DNA of 64,000 nucleotides from an uncultured archaeon (GTDB lineage: Archaea; Asgardarchaeota; Heimdallarchaeia; Heimdallarchaeales; Kariarchaeaceae): the NCBI GenBank assembly GCA_964645535.1, contig CAZYCQ010000009.1:1-64000 (forward strand). Direction: 5' to 3'. The first letter of the stretch is position 1. Each line of letters starts with the position of its first letter. The position numbers and the translations under genes were made by a program. The notes beneath the pieces were generated by a model that searched no databases, was not told the DNA's origin, and worked only from the letters and a program-made list of their open reading frames with translations. Positions 27,145 through 37,098 of the stretch are shown one piece after another.

Positions 27145-28062
27145 TTGCAAAGGGAACGAAAACTCAGTAGGCGGTACAAAACCGACCTCCATGTCGTGCG
27201 ATCGCTTGTCCAATCCATTGGATATGAAAGTGCAGAAGAAATCCTGCAAATGCATCCAAATGACCTAAGGCCAACTGCTAGAGTCAACCTTCACAAAACG
27301 AGCCGAAAAGACGCAATTGAATTCCTCCTGCAGGAAGGTATTCGGGCAATTCCTATAAAGGAAGTTCCCGAAGGTATTGAAATCATTCAGGGAAAACCAA
27401 AATTGGGTCATTCTCTTTCCTATCTTCAAGGGCTTGTGACTCCCCAAGGTCTTGGGTCAATGTTGGCTGTCCATATCTTGGATCCAAAACCTGGCGAAAA
27501 TATCCTTGATTTAGCTGCTGCACCGGGGGGAAAAACTACATTCATTGCTGAACGGATGCGCAACCAAGGTGTTGTGGTTGCAAATGACATTAACCGTGCT
27601 CGATTGAAGGCAGTCCAAGCTAATGTCAATCGCCATGGACTGTCCAACGTCATTATCACAAATCATGATGGAACTTCTATTGATCTAGGCATGCAATTTG
27701 ATAGGATACTCTTGGATGCCCCATGTACTGGCGAAGGATTATTGGTATCCCAACCCAAAAGACGCCGTTCCAAAGATATCTCGGATCCATACATTCTTCA
27801 AAGGCTTCAACGGCAGTTGCTGGCAAAAGCCCTATCCCATCTTAAAATAGGTGGACAGTTGGTGTATTCGACCTGTTCACTCAACTTAGTTGAAAATGAG
27901 GAGGTTATTGATCCATATCTTGACAAATTGCAAGTTGAAGAAATTCATCAGTCCATCCCTGCTCCCTTGAGTTCAGAAAAAATCCCAAATGCAATTCGCC
28001 TTCTTCCTTCAACTCATGGGTGCGATGGCTTTTTCATTGCATTGATGAGGAAGGTGGAATAA
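27145..28062 (+). CDS. RsmB/NOL1/NOP2 family RNA m5C methyltransferase
   Basis: LDLAAAPGGKT, FDRILLDAPCTGEG, LVYSTCS...ENE. Confidence 0.93.
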   Translation: MQRERKLSRRYKTDLHVVRSLVQSIGYESAEEILQMHPNDLRPTARVNLHKTSRKDAIEFLLQEGIRAIPIKEVPEGIEIIQGKPKLGHSLSYLQGLVTPQGLGSMLAVHILDPKPGENILDLAAAPGGKTTFIAERMRNQGVVVANDINRARLKAVQANVNRHGLSNVIITNHDGTSIDLGMQFDRILLDAPCTGEGLLVSQPKRRRSKDISDPYILQRLQRQLLAKALSHLKIGGQLVYSTCSLNLVENEEVIDPYLDKLQVEEIHQSIPAPLSSEKIPNAIRLLPSTHGCDGFFIALMRKVE

Positions 28063-28064
28063 TT

Positions 28065-28526
28065 ATGGAGATTGCTGAACTAACCGCACAACAGGTCAAT
28101 TCACTCATTCTTGAACAATTCGGCGTTTATTTGGAATTGAAAGAAGAGGGACATTATTTTTTGTTTAGAAGAGAGGATGTTGAATATATTTCCTGGAGTC
28201 TGACTTCCCTTCCAGCAATGGAAAATGCCATTTCATACGGGTTGCTGCTGTGTGCATATTCCCCAAAGAAAAAATTGGTGTATCCTTCAATTGTGGATAG
28301 AGTTTCTGGATATCCAACTGTTGAAATCCAATCCGTAAAAAAGGCAATAAAATTTTCAAGAGGAGAAAACGTTGCCTTACCTTCCCTTCAGGAATTCGAA
28401 CAAAAACAAATCATTGTTACGCATAATGGATATCCTCTTGCTTTCGGTCAAGTTTTGTTTGGTGAATTTCAACCATTGATTGATATCGGTTGGTATCTCC
28501 GAGAAGCCGAAAAAGTTAGTCTTTAG
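28065..28526 (+). CDS. Putative PUA-like RNA-binding partner of the methyltransferase (NIP7/RsmF C-terminal-like)
   Basis: Abuts the methyltransferase; AIKFSRGENV...IVTHNGYPLAFG...DIGWYLR. Confidence 0.55.
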   Translation: MEIAELTAQQVNSLILEQFGVYLELKEEGHYFLFRREDVEYISWSLTSLPAMENAISYGLLLCAYSPKKKLVYPSIVDRVSGYPTVEIQSVKKAIKFSRGENVALPSLQEFEQKQIIVTHNGYPLAFGQVLFGEFQPLIDIGWYLREAEKVSL

Positions 28527-29199
28527 TTTTTTCATCTTCAAGGACCTGAGAAACCTTTTCTATCTCAGTTGCCCAAGAATCATATTCCAAGGCAAACGCA
28601 ATTGCCATGATTCCAACCTTGTAAGAATAGATGAAAACTGCCATATTCCAGAAATTGAAATCTAACGGGACTATGTAGTAGTTTATGACAGCTGTTACAA
28701 ACATGAACAAGGACACCAAAAAATTGATGGTAGCAAGAAGACGTAATCTTCTTCCTCTAGAATATGCGATAGGTGTTTTTGAGAGCATGAATATAACAAT
28801 GGAAAAAAATATCGCTCCTAACGGTGCGGACCAATAAAGCCAAATGAAATCTATTTCTATTCGAACTGTATTGATAAGTAATGAAAAAACGGTTATGAAC
28901 CTCGATAACAAGGAGAAAAGGAGAAACAAGATAGTCATGACCATCGCCTCTCTCGGCTTTTCCATTTTTAGCACCAATGCAGGGATTACATATGCGTTGA
29001 TCCCCCAATCGCCTAAAAAAATCAAACCCAAGATGATTCCTATTCCTAGTGGTGGTGCCTGCCTAAAACGCAGTTCGATTCCACTCACATCCGCTATTGC
29101 TGCATAAAGAATCATTAGGGAAAAAAATTGAATCCCTGTAGACCACGATAGCCATCCCAATCGTTTTGCCAATTCCTTATCAGGCAAATTTTTAATCAT
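28516..29199 (-). CDS. Hypothetical multi-pass membrane protein
   Basis: About six hydrophobic segments; no family recognised. Confidence 0.65.
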   Translation of the reverse strand: MIKNLPDKELAKRLGWLSWSTGIQFFSLMILYAAIADVSGIELRFRQAPPLGIGIILGLIFLGDWGINAYVIPALVLKMEKPREAMVMTILFLLFSLLSRFITVFSLLINTVRIEIDFIWLYWSAPLGAIFFSIVIFMLSKTPIAYSRGRRLRLLATINFLVSLFMFVTAVINYYIVPLDFNFWNMAVFIYSYKVGIMAIAFALEYDSWATEIEKVSQVLEDEKTKD

Positions 29200-29508
29200 A
29201 TTGTTGATACTATTGCTTTCTTTATCTCAGTTAGCGTTCTTTCACTTATCAATATCTAAACTTCACAAAATGATTCATCATCCGTATTTTTCGCCACAAA
29301 TCGTGCTGAAAAAAATAACTAGGGTTCAACCATCTACGAAAAGTTAACGATCACCTTTTTTTGGGCATAAAATTCTATTTTCATAGAATATTGGCTAGAC
29401 GTACATTTCAGCCATTATTCCCCAAAAAATGGATAGATGAATTCATCAAAATCAAAATTCCTTGTTCAAACAATAAATTTTGAATATTGCTAAGTGGGTT
29501 TTTGACAA

Positions 29509-30672
29509 GTGAGAGATGTTGCAATTATAGGGACAGGGATGACGAAATTTGGCTCCCTCGGACGAGTTACGTCCCGGGAGTTGATAACGTCTGCTGCCCG
29601 TGAAGCAATGGAGGATGCAGGAGTTGCATCTTCTGACATTGATGCAATTTATGTGGGGCAATTATCGGGAGATATTTTTGAACATCAGATGCATGCTGCT
29701 CCTGGTGTTCCTGATTATTTGGGGCTCCAAAATGTTCCTTCCACACGTGTTGAAGCGGCTTGTGCTTCTGGTGGTTTGTCTGTGATGCATGCCATAATGG
29801 CAGTGGCTGGTGGATTTTATGACACCGTTCTGGCAACTGGTGCTGAGAAAATGACGAACTTGCCAACATCACATGTCACTGAAGCACTAAGCATGTGTGC
29901 CGATGATGTTTTCGAAGTTTCTTTGGGAGTAACATTCCCAGGAGCATTCGCAATGATGGCTCGTGCCCATGAAAAAGAGTTTGGAACAAATGCGGAGATG
30001 CGGGCCGCAGTTGCCGTAAAAAACCATGATCATGCTTTGCTAAATCCCAAAGCGCAATTTCATAAAAAAATAACAATTGAAAAGGTAATCAATTCAGTCA
30101 TGATTGCTGATCCATTGACTTTGTATGATTGCTCCCCTATTACGGATGGTGCTGCCGCGATCATTGTTGTTCCTTGGGAGGATCGGAAGAAATATGAGGG
30201 ACAGGCCGTCCGTGTGAGGGCATTTGCGCAAGCAAGTGATACCATGTCGCTCCATGACAGAAAAGATCTGACCGGCTTTACTACCACAAAAGTTGCTGCA
30301 AGAAAAGCGTTCAAGATGGCAGGTCTGGAACCAAAAGACATCGATATCCTTGAGGTTCATGATTGTTTCACCATCGCAGAGATCATGGCGTTGGAAGATA
30401 TGGGTTTCTATAAGAAGGGAGAAGGAGGGCGAGCCGCCCTTGATGGCGAGACTACAAGGGATGGTCCTCTTCCAGTGAATGTGTCTGGTGGATTAAAGGC
30501 AAAGGGTCACCCAATCGGTGCAACCGGTGTGGCTCAAATTGTTGAAATCACAAATCAACTTCGAGGAACTGCCGGAAGACGACAAGTTGCAGATGTTGAG
30601 ATTGGGATGACACAAAATCTAGGGGGTTCTGGATCAACCATTGTCACCCATATTTTGGAAAGAGGTGATTAA
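29509..30672 (+). CDS. Thiolase (archaeal acetyl-CoA acetyltransferase, SCP-x-like)
   Basis: EAACASGG, CSPITDGAAA, EVHDCFT, GGLKAKGHPIGATG. Confidence 0.93.
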   Translation: MRDVAIIGTGMTKFGSLGRVTSRELITSAAREAMEDAGVASSDIDAIYVGQLSGDIFEHQMHAAPGVPDYLGLQNVPSTRVEAACASGGLSVMHAIMAVAGGFYDTVLATGAEKMTNLPTSHVTEALSMCADDVFEVSLGVTFPGAFAMMARAHEKEFGTNAEMRAAVAVKNHDHALLNPKAQFHKKITIEKVINSVMIADPLTLYDCSPITDGAAAIIVVPWEDRKKYEGQAVRVRAFAQASDTMSLHDRKDLTGFTTTKVAARKAFKMAGLEPKDIDILEVHDCFTIAEIMALEDMGFYKKGEGGRAALDGETTRDGPLPVNVSGGLKAKGHPIGATGVAQIVEITNQLRGTAGRRQVADVEIGMTQNLGGSGSTIVTHILERGD

Positions 30673-31062
30673 ATGAGCGAAGATCAAGTCAATCGAGTAA
30701 TTGCAAAATATGAAGCGGCCATCAATGAAGGAAAACTTGTTGGTGTTCGATGCAAGGACTGCAATAATGTAATGGTGCCCCCTCGTCCAGTTTGCAGAGC
30801 TTGCCAATCCACTAACATAGAAATCCATCCGATTGAGGGAAGGGGAAAACTATTGACATGGACTACAATTCACGTAGGTCCCCCTTCATATGAGGATAAT
30901 GTCCCGTACACTGTAGGAATTGTAGAATTCGACAATGGTGAACGATTAACCGGAATCGTTGAAATTCCCGTCACTGAATTGGACTATGGGATTGAAGTTG
31001 TAGCAGGATTTGACCCTTCAAAAGAGGGAGCTGCAAGACTACGATGGAGAAAACCAGAATAA
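30673..31062 (+). CDS. DUF35 zinc-ribbon/OB-fold thiolase partner
   Basis: RCKDC...PPR.VC..C, G.L.TWT.I, PY.VG.VE; abuts the thiolase. Confidence 0.9.
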   Translation: MSEDQVNRVIAKYEAAINEGKLVGVRCKDCNNVMVPPRPVCRACQSTNIEIHPIEGRGKLLTWTTIHVGPPSYEDNVPYTVGIVEFDNGERLTGIVEIPVTELDYGIEVVAGFDPSKEGAARLRWRKPE

Positions 31063-31134
31063 TTTTCACCATAGAGTAGTCCAAAACTTTCTTGAGAAAA
31101 TTTTTTATTCTTTACTTCTCATTTTTTTTTAGGG

Positions 31135-31620
31135 ATGGCTACAACGGAAATTACTGCCGATATTGGTCAGGAAGATTTGGAATATAGAAGAAAAATGGTT
31201 AGGGAGACAAAAAATAAGGATGTGCTGGCAAAATATGCCTTAGACGATGAATTTTGGGAAATACGTAGGGAAGCAACATCTCGAATTCATGATGAGAAGG
31301 TATTGCAAAAGATTGCAACTAAAGATGACTATTGGCAGGTTAGATTTGAAGCTGTCGGCAAAATTAAGGATCAGGATTTCCTTCATAAAATCGTCAAAAA
31401 TGATGAACAGGTTTGGGTTTGCAAAGAAGCTCTCTCGAATCTTATTGATCCGGAATTGCTTTGCGATATCATATTAGATAAGGCTCTAGACCTTTCTGTA
31501 AGAATAAAGGCAATAGGTCAACTTAATCAACTAGATGTTCTTTCCTCTCTGAGACCAAAAGTCGATAATGAACTCCAATCAACCATCATGAAACGGATCA
31601 GGGAAATTCAGGGTTACTGA
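31135..31620 (+). CDS. HEAT-like helical repeat protein (~26-aa repeats)
   Basis: Repeated D.xW.VR..A...I.D...L..I. Confidence 0.7.
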   Translation: MATTEITADIGQEDLEYRRKMVRETKNKDVLAKYALDDEFWEIRREATSRIHDEKVLQKIATKDDYWQVRFEAVGKIKDQDFLHKIVKNDEQVWVCKEALSNLIDPELLCDIILDKALDLSVRIKAIGQLNQLDVLSSLRPKVDNELQSTIMKRIREIQGY

Positions 31621-32095
31621 ATTCCTCCTTGAACCCGAATTTGACCTGATTGTTAATAAAACGTATCCAAAATGGTGTCAATTCCCAGAATTCTATTTTA
31701 TTGATCATTGAGACCAATCGAGATGAATTCAATATGAATGGAAAACGATCGAGGTAGATCGCCTTATACTTCTCTGCCATTATTCCTTGGGGCTCCTTCA
31801 CAATTCCTCTACCTTGAATCCCTTGAATGTTTTCCCACTCTTGATTGTCTTCATTGATTGTAAATGCTACTGCAATCTCTCCTTTTGCCAATGCTGTTCC
31901 GTGTCGTGTTTTTCTGTCTGATACGAAAACAAATCTATTATCCCTCGTCAGGGCATAAAATACAGCACAGGCTTGTGGTCCTTCTTGATCCGAATAGGAA
32001 AGATTCAGAACTTGATGTTGGGCAATGTATTTCCTGACATGGTTTGGCAGGTCCATAGATGTCAATTGGTAAAATGACATATTAGTCTCTAGCAA
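31598..32095 (-). CDS. Pyridoxamine 5'-phosphate oxidase-like FMN-binding protein
   Basis: VL.L......P.A..VFY, F.S...TRH, VAFTI, I.GIQ.RG. Confidence 0.8.
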   Translation of the reverse strand: MLETNMSFYQLTSMDLPNHVRKYIAQHQVLNLSYSDQEGPQACAVFYALTRDNRFVFVSDRKTRHGTALAKGEIAVAFTINEDNQEWENIQGIQGRGIVKEPQGIMAEKYKAIYLDRFPFILNSSRLVSMINKIEFWELTPFWIRFINNQVKFGFKEEFSNPEFP

Positions 32096-32162
32096 AAAGT
32101 GTAGACGTCCTCAAAGCTTATTAGGTCAATTTCAAATTCAAGAATGGAAAGAGTCTGATAGC

Positions 32163-33149
32163 ATGTCGCGGACAAAAAGTTCTACGTATACCCATAGTGA
32201 ATTTGAACGAAATCCTGGGACTCCATTGCAGATGGATTGGGTCAATTCGATCCATGTGAACAAGAGTGCCGTTGAAAGAAGAGTCTCGACATTGGTGAAG
32301 AGAAGATCGGTCAAGAAGCAATGGCAAATTGCATGGCTACTGAAGGCGATTACTTTAATTGACCTGACCACATTGGCTGGTGACGATACACCTGGGCGAG
32401 TTCGTCGTCTCTGTGCAAAGGCTAGACGTCCCGTGCGTCCAGACATCCTGAGAGCTATAGGATTAGATGATTTTCCACTATCTGTTGCAGCTGTTTGTGT
32501 CTATCATAATCAAATCCGTCCTGCGGTGGAATCGCTTGAAGGAACGGGGATTCCGGTTGCCGCAGTTTCAACCGGATTTCCTGCTGCCCAAATTCCATTT
32601 GAACTGAAGGTTGCACAAATCAAGGAAAGTGTAAAGGCTGGTGCTAAGGAAATTGATATTGTCATCAGCAGGGAACTTGTTCTAACTGGACGTTGGGAAG
32701 AGTTGTACAGTGAAGTTGCTGCATATCGGGATGCCTGTGCAGACGCCCATATGAAAGCCATCCTTTCGGTAGGTGAACTTGGTACCTTAACCAATGTAGC
32801 AAAAGCCAGTTTGGTCTGTATGATGGCCGGTGCGGACTTCATTAAAACCTCTACTGGAAAGGAAAAGGTAAATGCAACCTTGGAGAATAGCTTGGTGATG
32901 GTTCGGATGATTAGGGACTACTATGAAAAAACAGGTCACAAGGTTGGCTTTAAACCTGCCGGAGGGATTCGGAGCGCAAAACAAGCCATTCAATGGTTGA
33001 TCCTGATAAAGGAGGAATTGGGCAATGAATGGCTTTCTCCCCAGTTATTCAGATTTGGCGCAAGTGGGTTGCTCGGAGATATTGAGCGACAACTCGAATA
33101 CCATGCCACCGGCATGTATTCAGCCACATATAGAAATCCGATGGCTTAA
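32163..33149 (+). CDS. deoC: Deoxyribose-phosphate aldolase (long DERA type)
   Basis: IDLTTLAGDDT, EIDIVI.R, GADFIKTSTGK, GFKPAGGIR, RFGAS.LL. Confidence 0.95.
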   Translation: MSRTKSSTYTHSEFERNPGTPLQMDWVNSIHVNKSAVERRVSTLVKRRSVKKQWQIAWLLKAITLIDLTTLAGDDTPGRVRRLCAKARRPVRPDILRAIGLDDFPLSVAAVCVYHNQIRPAVESLEGTGIPVAAVSTGFPAAQIPFELKVAQIKESVKAGAKEIDIVISRELVLTGRWEELYSEVAAYRDACADAHMKAILSVGELGTLTNVAKASLVCMMAGADFIKTSTGKEKVNATLENSLVMVRMIRDYYEKTGHKVGFKPAGGIRSAKQAIQWLILIKEELGNEWLSPQLFRFGASGLLGDIERQLEYHATGMYSATYRNPMA

Positions 33150-35536
33150 TGGTGTTGAACATGGAAATAAAGGAGATTTTTGATAAGATGAGTTATGGTC
33201 CTGCCCCTGAAAGTCCAAATGAAGCCTACTCATGGCTGGAACGATATAATCGATCCTTTGATCTTTTCATCAATGGCAAATGGGTTCCTTCAAAAGGTGG
33301 TGAGAAATTCGAGACCATTTCCCCTGGTTCTGGTGAAGTCTTAGCAACAATTACGCAGGGAACTGCCGATGATGTGGATATTGCGGTTAAGGCTGCCAAA
33401 AAAGCATTTTCCAAGTGGAGCGGTCTTTCAGGGCACGAGCGTGCAAAATTCCTCTATGCAATTGCAAGGAAGATACAGAAACATTCCAGACTGTTTGCAG
33501 TCCTTGAAACCTTGGATAATGGCAAACCAATCCGTGAAACACGGGACATTGATATCCCATTGGTGGCCCGTCATTTCTATTACCATGCAGGTTGGGCACA
33601 GATGATGGAAACCGAGCTCAAAGACTATGAGCCGATCGGTGTTGTTGGACAAATTATCCCTTGGAACTTTCCTCTCTTGATGCTGGCATGGAAAATTGCT
33701 CCTGCTTTGGCAATGGGGAACACTGTGGTCTTGAAGCCTGCGGAATTTACTTCCCTTACAGCTCTTCTTTTCGCACAGATTTGCCAAGAAATTGGATTGC
33801 CGGCTGGCGTGGTCAATATCGTGACTGGTGATGGAAGGACTGGTGCGGCCATAGTTGAGCATCCTGAGATCAAGAAAATTGCTTTCACCGGCTCTACTGA
33901 AGTTGGAAGAATCATCCGAAAAACAACAGCCGGCACCGGAAAGAAGATATCCCTTGAATTGGGTGGTAAATCTCCATTCATTGTTTTTGAAGATGCTGAT
34001 TTAGATAGTGCCATCGAAGGTCTGATAGATGGGATCTGGTTTAACCAAGGTCAGGTCTGCTGTGCAGGATCTCGTTTGCTTGTCCAAGAAAGCATTGCTG
34101 ACCAATTCATACGTAAACTGAAGGAACGTATGTCAAAACTACGTGTGGGTGATCCGCTTGACAAATCAACAGACATAGGTGCCATTGTGGCTCCTGTCCA
34201 ACTCCAACGGATCCAATATTATGTGGATTTGGGAAAGTCTGAAGGTAAATTCTGGCAACCTGCAATTGAACTTCCTGAAAACAACGGTTGCTATTTCCCA
34301 CCCACTCTGTTCACAGATGTTCCTACAAGTGCAGTGATCGCACAGGAAGAGATTTTTGGTCCAGTTCTTGTTTCTATGACCTTTAGAACTCCTCAAGAGG
34401 CAGTTGAATTGGCAAACAATACGGTTTATGGTCTAGCTGCTACTGTTTGGACTGAGGATGTGAACTTGGCATTGCATGTTGCACCGCAAATTAAGGCAGG
34501 TACCGTCTGGATCAACTCCACAAACCTTTTTGACGCTGCCTCTGGATTTGGTGGATACCGGGAATCTGGATATGGAAGAGAAGGGGGACTGGAAGGATTA
34601 TGGGAGTATGTTGTTCCAAAGTGGAAACGTTCCAAAAAGAGGCAAAAAACCACACAAAATATTGAACCAGTTGTTGAACCGATTACCTCATCAATAGATC
34701 GTACTCCAAAACTCTATATCGGAGGACGACATGTCCGTCCTGATGGAGGATATAGCCTTCCAGTTTATGCCTATAATGGAGATCTTGCCGGCGAAGTTGG
34801 AAAAGGCAATCGAAAGGACATACGGAATGCAGTTGAAGCTGCCGACAGGGCCAAAGGTTGGGCTACCAAGACTGCCCACAATCGGGCTCAGGTATTGTAC
34901 TATCTTGCTGAAAACCTAGAAAGCAGAAGGAATGAATTCGTCAATCGAATAATTCAGTTAACAGGAGTTTCCAAAGAGGTTGCCAGTGCTGAATTCAACA
35001 AATCAATTGAACGACTATTCTACTATGCCGCCTTTGCGGACAAGTACGATGGTTTGGTTCACCATACCCCCTACCGTAATGTCACAATGGCCATGCCTGA
35101 ACCAATAGGGATTATTGGGATTTCCTGTCCTGAAAAATATCCATTACTTGGTTTAGTTTCCTTGGTTGCTCCCGCAATTGCCATGGGAAACACGGTTGTC
35201 TGTATCCCCTCTGAAACGTATCCCTTGATAGCCACTGATTTTTACCAAGTCTTGGATACTTCAGATGTCCCTGGCGGTGTAGTCAACATTGTTACTGGTC
35301 ATGTGAAAGAGTTGATGGACGTTCTCTCGAAGCACTTGAATGTCGATGCGATCTGGCATTTTGCGAATCCCTCTCTCAATGGGATGGTTGAAGTAAATTC
35401 GATAGGCAACCTAAAAAGAACCTTTGTTGACCATGGTTTTATTCGTGACTGGATGTCTGATCAAGAAGGTCAGGGCAGGGAATTCCTGCGCGAAGCTACC
35501 CAAATCAAAAATATCTGGACACCCTATGGCGTTTGA
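33149..35536 (+). CDS. Aldehyde dehydrogenase, ALDH16-type (extra C-terminal Rossmann domain)
   Basis: PWNFP, FTGSTEVG, LELGGKSP, GQVCCAGSR, EEIFGP, then a second truncated ALDH-like domain (RTPKLYIGG...KNIW.PYG). Confidence 0.92.
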   Translation: MVLNMEIKEIFDKMSYGPAPESPNEAYSWLERYNRSFDLFINGKWVPSKGGEKFETISPGSGEVLATITQGTADDVDIAVKAAKKAFSKWSGLSGHERAKFLYAIARKIQKHSRLFAVLETLDNGKPIRETRDIDIPLVARHFYYHAGWAQMMETELKDYEPIGVVGQIIPWNFPLLMLAWKIAPALAMGNTVVLKPAEFTSLTALLFAQICQEIGLPAGVVNIVTGDGRTGAAIVEHPEIKKIAFTGSTEVGRIIRKTTAGTGKKISLELGGKSPFIVFEDADLDSAIEGLIDGIWFNQGQVCCAGSRLLVQESIADQFIRKLKERMSKLRVGDPLDKSTDIGAIVAPVQLQRIQYYVDLGKSEGKFWQPAIELPENNGCYFPPTLFTDVPTSAVIAQEEIFGPVLVSMTFRTPQEAVELANNTVYGLAATVWTEDVNLALHVAPQIKAGTVWINSTNLFDAASGFGGYRESGYGREGGLEGLWEYVVPKWKRSKKRQKTTQNIEPVVEPITSSIDRTPKLYIGGRHVRPDGGYSLPVYAYNGDLAGEVGKGNRKDIRNAVEAADRAKGWATKTAHNRAQVLYYLAENLESRRNEFVNRIIQLTGVSKEVASAEFNKSIERLFYYAAFADKYDGLVHHTPYRNVTMAMPEPIGIIGISCPEKYPLLGLVSLVAPAIAMGNTVVCIPSETYPLIATDFYQVLDTSDVPGGVVNIVTGHVKELMDVLSKHLNVDAIWHFANPSLNGMVEVNSIGNLKRTFVDHGFIRDWMSDQEGQGREFLREATQIKNIWTPYGV

Positions 35537-35587
35537 ATCAGGTTAGAAACAATAACTACATATTCTTGATATTCCCTAGTTTTATAG

Positions 35588-36301
35588 ATGGGTTCATTTG
35601 AATTTTCCTTAGGGGAGATTGTCATCTATTTCTTGATGGGTGTTTTTTCCTATTCCATCTTTGGATTGGCCGCTTTTCTGGCCAAAAAGGGTGCTCCCCA
35701 TTGGATTCCCCGGAAAACAGTTCACACTCTTGGAATGACAATCATTGCTATCTACTCAGTCATTGTCCAGGATACTGGTGCTATCCTCTTTATTGGAGGA
35801 GTTGTTGTGACAATTGCCTTGGGTCTAAATATGACCAGATTGAACTTTATTGAATGGATGGCTAAAGCGACGGCACGGGAAAATGAACATTGGACCGAAA
35901 CCGTTGGGAATCTGGTGATTACAACACTCACATTGTTTTCCCTCTATTTCTACAATAAGTTCAATAGTCCTTTGTTTCCCTCAATATATCTAACTGCTAT
36001 TCTCTCATTGGCATGGGGGGATGGATTGGCAGAACTGGTCGGTCGAAAATTTGGAAGGATTAAATACCGAATTCTTGGGGATAAAACATTGGAGGGGTCA
36101 CTTACTGTCTTTTTGGTGACTTTTATCTTAGGTTTCTTCTCCTTTTGGGCTTTCAATGAAATCACATCTCATGTCCTTTTGGCATTGCTTCTTGCCTCAA
36201 TGGTAGCTAGCTTAGTGGAAGCAGTAGCAATCCGTGTTTTCGACAATCTCCTAATTCCTTTGAGTGTTCAATTGACGCTTTGGTATTTGCTGATTTCATA
36301 A
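35588..36301 (+). CDS. Phytol/dolichol kinase-like (CTP_transf_1) membrane protein
   Basis: RK.VH, LAWGDGLA.LVG..FG, KTLEGS, DNL.IP. Confidence 0.88.
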   Translation: MGSFEFSLGEIVIYFLMGVFSYSIFGLAAFLAKKGAPHWIPRKTVHTLGMTIIAIYSVIVQDTGAILFIGGVVVTIALGLNMTRLNFIEWMAKATARENEHWTETVGNLVITTLTLFSLYFYNKFNSPLFPSIYLTAILSLAWGDGLAELVGRKFGRIKYRILGDKTLEGSLTVFLVTFILGFFSFWAFNEITSHVLLALLLASMVASLVEAVAIRVFDNLLIPLSVQLTLWYLLIS

Positions 36302-36345
36302 CCTATTCACAGAATCTTTAAATTCTGAAGTTAGATGTGGTATAA

Positions 36346-37083
36346 ATGGGAATTCATACCCTTGTTGTCGCACATAGGGGTTATGCTCCTGCATCAATTC
36401 ATCAAAATAGCCTAGAAGCCTTCAAATTGGCGGAAAGGTATGGGGCAAAAGCAATTGAATTCGACATTCGCATGACCAAGGATCATGAACTTGTGATTTT
36501 CCATGATCCATTCTATTGGAATGGAAATGGTTTTCGAAGGGTTCCTTCAGTAACATTGGATGAATTCCGTGAGACATTTGACAACAATCGTGCACCAACC
36601 TTCTCCTCCCTCTGCAAAGAAATTGACCGACGAATCAAATTTTTCATAGAGCTGAAACCCACACCCTTTCCAGATCGTTTGATCAAAATTTTAGAATCCC
36701 ATATTCCCACTGACCGCGAAATCCTTATCCTAACCTACAAACAACATATCTTGAAGAAGTTGAACCAAACCGGTTTGCCTTCTGGTCTTCACTATATTAA
36801 TCCATTCAAGGACAATATTGCACGCGCAAAAAAGTATGGGGCCATAGCCCTTTCTCCGATATATTGGGTGGTTAATTCAACAACTGTCAAAAAGATTCAA
36901 AATTCAGGACTTGAAATTTATCCATGGACCGTAAATAAACCTGTTTTCATCAAAACATTGATTGACTGGGGTGTCGATGGGATTTACACCAATAATTTCC
37001 CAGTTGCAAAAACTCTGCTAGAGACTAGTGATAGTTTGGGAAAACAAATGCTCCAAAATAGTGCGGTTTATAATACCCGTTGA
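36346..37083 (+). CDS. Glycerophosphodiester phosphodiesterase
   Basis: VAHRG, NS..AF, IEFDI..TKD..LV.FHD, IELK, WTVN, GVDGI.T. Confidence 0.9.
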   Translation: MGIHTLVVAHRGYAPASIHQNSLEAFKLAERYGAKAIEFDIRMTKDHELVIFHDPFYWNGNGFRRVPSVTLDEFRETFDNNRAPTFSSLCKEIDRRIKFFIELKPTPFPDRLIKILESHIPTDREILILTYKQHILKKLNQTGLPSGLHYINPFKDNIARAKKYGAIALSPIYWVVNSTTVKKIQNSGLEIYPWTVNKPVFIKTLIDWGVDGIYTNNFPVAKTLLETSDSLGKQMLQNSAVYNTR

Positions 37084-37098
37084 AAAAGCAAGAGAATA

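Noticed and set aside
29509-31062. Complete thiolase-DUF35-HMG-CoA synthase mevalonate cluster
   Set aside because: No HMG-CoA synthase is adjacent, so the pathway role cannot be assigned from this window.
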